Below are positions 24,501 to 36,500 of a stretch of DNA of 63,896 bases, piece by piece (within the stretch, counting starts at the first letter, position 1; each line of letters opens with the position of its first letter). The stretch is from positions 38,473,784-38,537,679 of the forward strand of contig JARDVH010000031.1 in assembly GCA_030324005.1 (NCBI GenBank). Direction: 5' to 3'. The translations under genes and the position numbers were made by a program. The notes under the pieces were generated by a model, which was not told where the DNA came from, did no database searches, and saw only the letters and a program-made list of their open reading frames with translations. Origin of the DNA: Negaprion brevirostris. Lineage: Eukaryota.

Positions 24501-27500
24501 GAAATGTGCACTCCTTTGCCCTACCAGCACTGATGGTCAGTATTAGCAATAATTTTAGGTGGGGCACACACCACTTGTTCATATGTTTAATCTCTACTGT
24601 CATAATGTTTAGTCACCATTGTAAATCTCTGTCAGGATTTTCTGTTCTTTTCCTACATGGACTAAAGAAATGTAGCAGCAGGCTTTAGTCACAAGTGGCC
24701 TTTTGAGCTAGATCCTGAACTTCATAGGTACTGACTTGTAGGTAACACTACAGTCAAGTTACTAGTTTAATAAAATGTTTCCTATGTTGCTTATCATCAT
24801 GAAATAGAAATCTCTGATAATATTTTGACATACCAATTCTAAAATTAAGTAATTTTACAATCAATGGAAAATTTCAACCTTTACTTACACAATTAAACCG
24901 AATCCTATCTACCCTAGTCCAGCCTTTTTCCAGCAATATCCATGACTCTTTCAATGCCCACAGTCACTTTAACAGTCTCCAATTTTCTAGTGCTAACCAT
25001 CTTCCCTTCACCATGGACATATATTCTCGCAATATCTCCATCCTCCACCAGAGTAGCTTACATTAACACTGCAATGAAGTTGCTGTGAAAATCCCCACAC
25101 TCTGTTCAGACCAATGCACCTAATCAGCATGTCTTTCAAACTGTGGGAAGAAACCAGAGCATCAGGAGGAAACCCACGCAGACACAGGGAGAACACACAA
25201 ACTCCACGTGGACAGTGACCCAGGCCAGGCAAATCTGGGATCCTGGCGCTGTGGGGCAGCAGTGTTAACCAGTGTGCCACCATGCCACCCCCTGAAACCC
25301 ATTGGATCTCACAGCTACCTTGGTCATACTGCCTCATTCCCTGTTTCGATAAGGACAGCACTCTATTTCCCAAGATTCCCTGTCTCAGTTGCACCTGATG
25401 ATGCAACTTGACATGGTACCACTTCTATGCTATCAACCTTCATATTCAGTGGATCATCCGCTGCCATTTGCACTACCTCCACTCACCAAACACCTCTATC
25501 CTCCTCTCAGCTTTCACCACTTTGCAGGAACCCTATCCTTCATTACATTCCTAATTCTGATTGCAGATTGTTGTTGCTATGTCTGGTATATGTTTTGCAA
25601 AACAAGTGGAAATCATACAAATCAGAAATTCACAATCAAGAAAACTTGTGTAGACTTTTCAAGTCTGCTTTTGATGATATTACTTGTGATTGGATATTTT
25701 CAGCCTGCTATTCTAATGGGAAAATGACATTGAATGTTCTATTTTAGAACGGGAGATAGACATACTTTCAGAATTGCAAAGCGTGGAAGTGTATGAGAAA
25801 GAGACAGCCACTTTTGAAACTGAGATCTCTCAAGATGTTCCAGTTGAGTGGAAGCTCAAGGGAGAAATCCTCCGCCCATCACCTGTAAGCTTTTCTTCAA
25901 AGCTGGAATCTTTGTCATTAAAAAAGTGGAATTCAAGATTGTAATACTGTTTTGTAAAAATGTACCTAAATTATGATGTTTTTAAAAATTTCAGACCTGT
26001 GAAATGAAAGCAGATGGTGCAAAACGTTTCTTGATCCTTCACGATGTCAAACTGGACCAAGCTGGTGAAGTTGTCTTCAAGGCACGCAATGCCACATCCA
26101 TTGCTTACCTAAGAGTTAAAGGTAACTAATAATCCTTAAAGAAAATGTCAGTGCAGTTTTATTTATGATGAAAAAAGATGAGAAATTTTAAAGTAGTTTG
26201 TTTTTTGTTTGATTAAAATGTAATTTTGCTTGCAGAAATTGAACTTGACTTTGAGGCACCACTAAAAGATGTGACTGTTCCTGAAAAGCACCAGGCACGA
26301 TTTGAGTGTGTGCTTAACAAGGAGGTTCCCAAAATTCTGTGGTCGAAAGGTACCGACATTCTTAAGGCTGGTGATAAGTATGATTTAGTTGCTGATGGAA
26401 AGAAACACATCCTTGTTATCAATAAGTCAACCTTTGATGACGAAGGAGATTATAGCGCTGAAATTGTGGACAAGAAATCAACTGCAAAGCTCACTGTAAC
26501 TGGTGAGTCCTTTTAATTAATTACATTTCATAGTTAAACAATTTGCTGATTTAATGTGTTGGTAATATTTAATTGATCTGACTTCAGTTTGGCTTATGGT
26601 TTGGTAATGTGATAATATATTTGTGAAGTCTTACTTAAATATTCTGTTGATTTTTACATTGTCTCTAGCTGACTCAACTTTTGTTTTTCTGAAGCAGTGA
26701 GAAACCTGTATAATTAAAGATGGAGATCCATCATTCAGAATATCACATACGTAGTATCCTTCTAGTGCAACATGAGGCCATTGAGTTTGCACTGACCCTC
26801 CAACAGGGCATCTTACCCAGGCCAACCCCTGTAACCCTGCATATTTAGCATGGCTAATCCACCTAACCTGCACATCTTGGGACTGTGGAAGGGAACTAGA
26901 GCACCCAGAGGAAACTCATGAGGAAAATATGCAACATGCAAACTACATGCATATAGTGACCCAAGGCCAAAATCAAACACGGGTCCCTGGTGCTGTGAGG
27001 CAGTAGTGCTAACCACTGCACCACAGTGCTGCCATATTAGATCAAAGCCCAGGACTGATCTGGGTTTGGGGAGTTCCCTTACCCTAATGCCAGGCTAGTT
27101 AGGCCACTTAAAAAGTATTATATTAAAGAAAGAACTTGTATTTATTTCATCGCTTTCTTCACAGTTTAGATGTACCAAAGCTCAATGAAATAGCAGGGTA
27201 TAAAAATGTCAATTTCAGTTGATTTATTAGTTACACGATTTTGAACTGTACAGTAACCGATCCATGCATTACTTCGTATTTCAGGCATGAGGTTGAAAAT
27301 CATTACACCACTAAAAGATCAGACAGTCAAAGAAGGTAACACAGCTCACTTTGAATTTGAGCTTTCGCATGAAAATCTCCCAGTGACCTGGTACCGGAAT
27401 GAAGACAAAATTCACCCAAGCAGAACGGTTCTGATCTCCACTGATGGGAAGAAGCATGTATTAGAAATTAAAGAAGCAACTCTTGATGATACATGTCAGA

Positions 27501-30500
27501 TACGAGCAGAAGTTGCTCAACTATCCACAAAAGGACAACTGAATGTCATTGGTAAGAATTTAGTAAAACAATGGTTTGGAATTCTGTTGTGCAGAATGCA
27601 ATACTAACTGAGGGTGCAGAGAATAAGGCTGAGGGGGCTCGGGCATTGACATGAACAGGAAATTCATGTCTGACCTCCAGCATTGGGATCAAAGGTCCAA
27701 ATTATTCTGGCAGTTGAGGGAAGCAAGCAAGCAAAACTGACACCAAACAGCAAGAGGGTAATTTTACTGGTTTAGCACATCCTTATAACTCATTAACATG
27801 GACATTTTTGTGATTGAATAGTAGCTTTAAAATTAACTGTGAACCACATGGGATCACGGGTCTTCAGTTGCCCGATTGTTTAAACTTGAAAGTGAGCAGG
27901 CAGTTTAGTCTATGAGAGGAAGGTGAGCCACTTAGACCCGCCTGCCATTTTCAGAACAAAGAGGAGGCTATGATGCATCACAGAGAAGATGCAGTCATTA
28001 TAGAGAAGGTGAGAATCTTTGCAAGAATCTGAAGGTCTTTCGAGGAGTTTGAGAATCATTGTGGGGAGGTGAAAGGACATCTCAGGAAGGGAGAAGAGTC
28101 ACTGTGGGAGGACAAGGGCCATCTCTTGGTGGTGGGGGAGGGAACAAGAGCAGATTAAATTGCCCGCAGGACCTTGGTGACACATTTCAAACACAGGTAC
28201 CAGGTGTTTCCTAAAGACTAGGGACACAATGAAGGACATATCTTTGTCAGGGCAGCGTTGCAACATTTGTGGAGTTTTTAGACCTTACCATGGTCTTGGC
28301 CTCTCGGTGTTCCTGGAACCCTTAGTGAAGAAGTAGCAGTAGTCTGAAACTTCAAAGGAACAAATGGTAGGAGGCCATTGTAAAGTGACTCAGCCTGTGG
28401 TTGGATCAAACAGTAAGAACTGTTAACAGGAAGCCCAAAGTGATGCAGTCAGGTGACGATCATTGCTGCGTTTCACAGTATACAGGCCTTGCCTGAATTA
28501 TCTTCAAATATCAGAGGAATGATGCCAACAAAAGTTCTGAATGTCTTGGGAGGCCATTATGTACCAGTGCGTCCTGCTACGGAATGATCTGCAGCACCTG
28601 GAACTTCGAGGAGACCCAATGCCTGTGACTTTGATGGGCTGGTATCATTAAACTTCTACGCCAATGGCTGTTTCCAGGGTGTCACTGGAGATGTGAGGCA
28701 TTTATGAGGCAGCCGCTCACCACTGTGTCATCAAAGTGATCAGTTCCCTGCTGAAGAGAGCCAGAGAGTTAGTGCAATATGCGACTGACAAAGAGAGCCA
28801 TGCCAACAATCTGTGGGCTTCAGGACCAGTGCAGGATGTTATCCATTGAATCCATATGGCAATTAGGGCTCCCTGGGAGCAGCCTGTGCTATTTATCACC
28901 AGAAGTGGTCCAGCCCATTCACTTGCAATTGGTGTGGGACCCAGAGGAAACAAATCTTCAGCTTTGTGCTTCAGGTTTCCAGAAATTTCACAAGATGCAT
29001 ACATTCCACACCCCACCCAGATGCCACAGATCTTCAAGATCACTACATGCCTACACACATATATAATCACAGAAACAATGCACCATTCCAACCAAGGAGC
29101 ATTATAATGAATGCCATTGATCAACAAGGGCAATGGTTGAGTAGACCATTGGCTTGTTAAAATTAAAGTATCTAGACTGCTCTTGCAGGGCTCTACAATT
29201 GGTATCTCAGTGTGTCTCTGGGATTAATGGCACCTGTGTGCATTGCATAACCTTGCAGCAAAGGGAGGAGGCCTTTGCTGATTCAGGAGCTTGGGGAAAT
29301 CACACTCCTCATCTGATGATTAAGATGGGGAACAGGGAGCAGAACAGGCAGATCATCAGATTGAAGCTCCTACACCAGGTGCAAAGGCAATGAAAAGACC
29401 CACAAGAGAAATCCGTGAGCTCCACACTGACACCAGATTCCAGCAGGCAAAATGCTTTGACAAGCCTTCTGCTTTAGATCTTATGCTCATGCGACCTCCA
29501 AATGTCCCTCCAACAGCAACCATTATCCATCAAGAAGTTACGCCATTCTTGTCACTCCAACTATGGAGAAGTCAATACTCTGCTTTCACTGATATATACA
29601 TGCAATTTATTCTGCAAGTACCCATATGGCTAACCAGGGGACAACATTAGCATCATCCAAAATACAGAAATAAAGGAAATAAGAATATTTAATCACATGC
29701 TACTATAAGCTATCAACATGGTGCATCTACATGTGGTCTCTCATGCTATCATGGGTGTTCTGACTTGGTATCACTTCAATGTCAACAGCTGAGGTGGAGA
29801 GAGAATGGTTGTGCTCATTCTTGTTGCTCTCTCTGCTTGTTTCTGCCAAGTTCTGAATTCTCCATAGTGATTCCACTGTGCGATGCCCCATGCCTGCGAT
29901 GACCTTGGTGACCATCCTTTGATTGCCCGAGCCTAGAAGATCCTGGCAAGCTGAGGGACTCCTGCCTGGATGCTGATGTTTCTTTCATTGCCATGGTTAC
30001 TGGAGGCGCTAGAGTCAGTGATTGAGGAGCGGCTGCTCACCTTCTGAGAGCCCTGAGAAGAGCTTCTAGGAGAGGGAGCCTGGTGCTTCTCCTTCATCTC
30101 TCTGCTTGACAGCAGCTCCCTATCCACTTGAGGAAGAGGGAGACCTCGAGGAATGTCCAGTCATCTCATCCCCCTCTTGCCTGGTCCCTGTTGCAAAGAG
30201 CTTATGGCCAATGCAGCAATGACCAGGTCCTGCAATGTCTGCCGGTCCAAGTACGTACCCAGCAGCAACTGAATGGTCTGCTGAATCTGACTCTGCCTGA
30301 TGGTCACAGCCTCTCTATGGAGAAAATCATGCCTGAGACATGGGCAGAATGCTTGGTCAGAATAGACTCCTCCATCATCTGCATATGCCTATACATGGCA
30401 GTTCTACTAGATGTTCCTCTGTCTGTTTCTCCATCACCAGAAGGTTTTTATTGCCTGTCACCAGAGACCCATCATCTGCTAGATGCCCGGTTTNNNNNNN

Positions 30501-33500
30501 NNNCTGTTAAAGCTTCTATCAGCTGTTCGAGCATGTCTGGTATGTTCATTCAGTCCGATTCTGAATGGTTATCACATTTATTGAGGTGATTGTATCTGCA
30601 CTGAACATGCACCCCTGAGTCTTCAAAGTTATCCTCCTCAAAACTGAAGGAACATGAATGACAGAGCAGTTCCCTCCAGAATGCAAAGAACTCCAGTGGA
30701 GAACACAAAGAATTAGATTCACATTTTGTTCAGGTGTGAAGGGCCAAATGACCTACTCCTGCTCTAAATTTCTGTGTTTTTTATAATCTCTCTTCTCATC
30801 CCTTTCTGATACATGTCTCCTTTCTGTCCATTGATGGACACCAACTGGAGACTTCTTCACTCTCTTCAGTCCCATTTCACTGTCTTCTATTGCTCAGCTG
30901 CCCTGCTCTCTGTCCAGGCTCATTGTCTCCTCCTGTGCTGATATGTGATCTAATGTTAGCCACTGCTCCACCCACCTTTTTTTGTTCTTTGCTGTGTGTA
31001 CTATGTTTTCCTGAGGACAGAAGGGGAACAAATCTCTGCCTAATGGACATCTGACCCCCGATCATCACGCATTCCTCTGGCAAGGTAATGGGGCCTGCTG
31101 GTTGTCCATTCTCATGACATTTGGACAACAGTGGAAGCATGAGCCTTAAACTTGGTGGCCACAGGCATTCAAGCCTCATCTTGTATCTGATGCTGGGCCT
31201 TACACTTCTTTCACCTGTCTTCCTACTCCTTCCTCTCACTGGGGCACATTGCATGTTGCACTCATGAGAGCGATTTTGTTCCAGACATTCAGTTATGCTC
31301 ACCCTGGAAACATGGAAGAGGTAGTTGACCCTCTTTCTTCGTTCACCTTTGTTCATGTGAGCCATGTGCCGTCCCTGCATGATGCTGACCGCTGATGAGG
31401 CTGGAAGTCTGAAGCATGAACTTGAGATGCTGTTGCAAGAGAGAAAGTTGAAGCTGAAGGCATTGTCAGGATTCTCCTTTGCCTCTGCTACATTGAAGCT
31501 TCTGCCTTGTAGTCACTGTCACTCAGAAACAGTTCCTGGACCTCTGACTCTATCAGCTGGTTGGCGTCTTCCTTCCAGCTCCCATTGCAGAATTGGCTGG
31601 GCCTGGACACCATCGCTTTTATTATCCAAAGCCACCATGTAATTATAGTTGGCCAGTTATCCCTGCCAGTAATGACAATGTCACCCACTCCAGGTCTGTC
31701 GCTGGTTGGCACACTACGATGACTAAATTCTGCCTGATATGTTGTGTACAATCCTCTGTGTAACAGAACAGATAAAGAAATGATTTTAAAAAAGAGGGCA
31801 TCAGGTATTCCTGATGATTCACTTCTTGAAATGTTTTAACTGTTAACAGGTGTGAGACTCTTTCTCTTCAGGCAGTAAATTAGCTGTTTGTCTGTCATCC
31901 ACAGAGGCTGATCCTTATTTCACTGTGAAACTCCAAGATTATACAGCTATCGAGAAAGATGAAGTAATTCTCGAATGTGAACTCAGCAAGGATGTGCCTG
32001 TAAAATGGATGAAGGATGGCAAGGACATCATAGCTTCAAAGACAGTTTCAATGAAGGCTGTTGATAAACGCCGTATTTTGACGATCAAAAAAGTTGACAA
32101 TAAAGACAAGGGTGAATATGAATGTGACTGTGGAACGGACAAGACAAAAGCCACTTTGAATATTGAAGGTATCGAACTTCTGACTGAGTACAAGTAGATT
32201 CTTCAACAATTATAAAGTAACATTCTTTCCAAATGTTCAGTTTAAACATCCATTTTTAATTTTGTCTGCAGCTCGCATCATCAAGATAGTGCATCCATTG
32301 CATGGTGTAGAAATCTTTGAAGGTGAAACTGCGCACTTTGAAGTGGAGATCTCAGAAACAGATGTGCATCCTCAATGGAAGCTGAAGGGCGAAAGTTTGT
32401 TTATGTCACCTGTAAGTTGTTTCCTTCATTTATCTCAAAGTTAAGCATTCCTACCTGTATGTTGGAATTATTTGGTAATAAATGATTTCACTTCAGAATT
32501 ATGTTAATTTAATTAAACATTATAAAATCAACTTCCTAATAATGTTCAGTAGAACTCAAGGCCCTGAATATTTGTTCCTCAAGAAAGTTTTGGGGTAAAT
32601 TTTCTACAAATAAACATCAACCTAAAATATCTTGGGTGATTTTGTATTGGCAGCAATGTGAGATTATCGAGGATGGCAAGAAACATCTCCTTACCCTCTA
32701 CAATTGCAAGCTAAGTGATTCTGGAGAAGTTTTCTTCCAGGCTGCTAATGCTAAGTGCGCAGCTAATCTGAAAGTCAAAGGTAATTTTTAATACATTTGG
32801 AAGAATTTGTTACCTTTTTCTGAAGTTTGAATAATTGTAATTCAGGCTCGTCATGTAGTACTATTGTTCCATTAATTGTATGTGTGATTTGCATATGTTA
32901 TATCAGCATATTAAAATATATATATAAGTATGTAATACATATTGTATATGTCTATTTGAATAATTGGTCATTTTTTACTTCCTACACTCCCATTCAGAAA
33001 TTCCACTCACTTTCATTGTACCGCTTAATGATGTGAAAGTATATGAGAAAGATGAAGCAAAGTTTGAGTGTGAAGTGTCCAGAGTGCCCAAGACTTTCCG
33101 TTGGCTAAAAGGAATTGAGGAGCTTAAACCTAATGAGAAATTTGAAATTCTATCAGATGGGACAAAACATACATTGACTGTTAAACAGGCTGCATATGAT
33201 GATGAGGCAAAATATATGTTTGAAGCAGAGGACAAGAGGACAAGTGGCAAACTGATTATCCAAGGCAAGTGAATGGAGCAAAAACAATGTATGAATTCCT
33301 TAGTTAGTTTTCTTGGTGAGGCGGCTTGCATTTGATTAAAAATTCCTTTCTTCATAGGCATTCGACTTGAATTTACCAAACCTCTTGAAGACCAGACTGT
33401 GAAAGAGCGTGAAAGTGCAGAATTTGTCACTGAACTTTCTCATGACAACATACCGGTTGTGTGGTACAAAAATGACAAACGACTGCATCCAAGTAGGTCC

Positions 33501-36500
33501 GTGACTATGAAAGATGAGGATAAAGTCCACTCCATTACATTCAAAGATGTGACTATTGATGATACTTCCCTCATCAAAGTCGAAGCTATGGCTAAAAGTT
33601 CGGAGGCCAAGCTTACTGTAATCGGTAGGTATTGCATATGGAAACGTGTGAATGAATTTTGCTCACCGAACTTTGACACATTACGTTCGTTGTTTGACTG
33701 TTTTTCTAATTTGCTTATTTTTCTGGTTTTCTTAGAGGGTGACCCATACTTTATAAACAAACTGCAGGATTATACAGCTGTAGAAAAGGATGATGTTATC
33801 TTCCAGTGTGAGATCAGTAAATCTGCTGCTCCAGTTAAGTGGTTTAAGGATGGAAAAGAACTGATTCCTTCAAAGAAGATTCAGATTAAAACGGATGGGA
33901 AGAAGCGTATACTGATTATTAAACGGGCTCAGAAGAGTGACCAGGGACAATATTCATGTGACTGTGGCACTGATAACACAACAGCCAAACTAAACATTGA
34001 GGGTAAGAGTTTATTGATAGCATTTAGATACCCAATATCCTTTGCCCTTTGTATCTGTTTATTGTGGTGAGTGAACTTGCATTTTTAGCAAATTAGATGA
34101 AATTATTTTTAGTTATTAGTAATGTACTTTTCCAGGAAAATAACATTTGCACATTATTTTGCTTCAGAACGTGATATTAAGATATTACGTCCACTGTACA
34201 GTGTTGAAGTCACAGAAACAGAAACTGCTCGTTTCGAGACTGAAATTTCTGAAGAAGATGTACATGGCAATTGGATGTTGAAGGGGGAGAAATTGCATCC
34301 ATCTCCTGTAAGTTTTAAACATTAGACAAGCGCTGAGATTTCTCTTGTCTTCTTTCTCTCTTTCTTTCTTGCTGTCTTCCTTCCTTAAAGGTTTTTCTTT
34401 TTTTTCCTTAATTTAGGATGTTGAGATTAAAAAGGAAGGCACAAAACATTTTCTTACACTGTACAATGTGCACATGGATCAAGCTGGTCAAGTTGAATTC
34501 CAGGCTGCCAATGCCAAAACCGATGCCCATTTGAGAGTTAAAGGTAAACCTGCTGAATATCATAGATTAAGAATGTTAATAGCCAAGAAATATACACTTC
34601 TGAAATTCTTAAGACATTTTGGCATTTTATGAGGGATCTATATTTCTCTGCATGTTATGAATATCCAGAGCAATCTACAATGATGTTTTCCATTATAAAC
34701 CACTACAGGTTTCCAAAATTATTGACCACCTCAATAAACCCTTGATAAAGGGTTACATTGTTGGCAGCTTAAAGCAGAGAGCTGCCATATTTATTGTTTT
34801 GTTATTGAATAATCCCCTTTTTGGCAGCTGCTAAACTGCTGGTGGATGGAATTGGGCAATTGCCAAGCACACAGCTGTTTAACTAAACAGATCTGCCAGT
34901 ACTCTTGGATGGGTTGTTCCTCAAGTAGAAATGGGGGAGAACGACCATGGTAAGCAGTTTGAATGTGATGTAGGTCAGGTTTACTGTAAAATTCTTCAGA
35001 AAGTAAAATGTTGAGATACAGATTTCGAATTCACCCGTTGTTTTTATGGCCAGGCCTTGGTCATCTGGGTGGTTGAATAGTCACATTCTGTTGGGATATC
35101 TGAAATGAATCTTTCATTTTCTTGAGACTAATGGGCACACCCATCTCTTTTGCATTTAAAGCTCGGGTGGTTGGTTTACTTCGGCCCCTCAAGGATGTGA
35201 CTGTAACCGCTGGAGATTCAGCTACTTTTGAATGTGAACTCTCATACGAAGGAATTGAAGTGCAATGGTTCTTGAAGAACAAGTTACTTGAGCCCAGTGA
35301 AAAGGTATGATGAAAAATACTAAAACAAAAATAATATCCATGAGTTACCGTGTGAATGTGCATGGTTGGCTACACTGTGCAAAGCAACCTTTGTTTTAGA
35401 GTTTAGAAAAAAAACTTGAACTATTAATTCCTGACTACCAAAACCATGATTTTGCAAACCAAATATCCTTAACGTAAATATCCATGACAAACTTATTCCA
35501 CTTTCAATTATCTGAACTTTATATTATCTAGAAAAAAAAGGCAAGGCTGTACTATAGTTGAAATAAAGCATTAGAAATTTAAACGATGTTAAATTGATTA
35601 TAATTTCTTAGTATTTTGCAACAGTTGAATTACATCAATATCTTTTCAGGTGTCTGATAATNNNNNNNNNNTTGAAAGTTGGAAAAGATAGTTTGTATGA
35701 AAACGTGATTGTTAATTGAACTGGACAGTTGCCTACTTTAAACATGACTTGAATAATCATAAAGTGAATCTATTAATTATATAAAATTCTTATTTTGGAT
35801 CAGGTTGTTACACGTGCTGAAGGCAGAGTGCACACTTTCACCCTCAGAGACGTCCAATTGGAGGAGGCTGGTCAAGTCAAACTCACTGCTAAGGACTTCG
35901 CAACGTCCGCTAAACTTATTGTTAAAGGTGTGTAATGCCAATTATTTTCTTTCCAAAACAATATACTCGGCAATGTACTTTAAGACTGATGTGCTGAATT
36001 TTCATTTACATCTTTTGCAGAGCCACCAGTTGAATTCACTAAACCTCTGGAGGACCAGACAGTTGAAGAAGAAGCCACTGCTATATTGGAATGTGAGGTC
36101 TCCAGAGAGAATGCCAATGTTATATGGCTTAAGGATGGAAAAGAAATTCATAAAGGCAAGAAGTATGATATAATTGCTGATGGAAAAGTTAGAAAGCTTA
36201 TTATCCACGACTGCAAGCCTGAAGATGCCAAAACATATACATGTGATGCCAAAGACTTCAAAACTTCCTGCTTCCTCACTGTGGAACGTAAGTAGAATAG
36301 TGTCCAACGTTCATCCTCTCACATTCAGAGTTACATTAATGAAAATGTGTATGTGGCTATTTCTCGACCAATAAGACTTTGTTTCTTTCACAGCTCCTCA
36401 TGTTGAATTTATAAAGCCTCTCACTGATCTTGAGGTGAAAGAAAAAGAAGTGGCCAAATTTGTATGTGAAGTCTCACGTGAAAATGCAAAGGTTTGCTTT

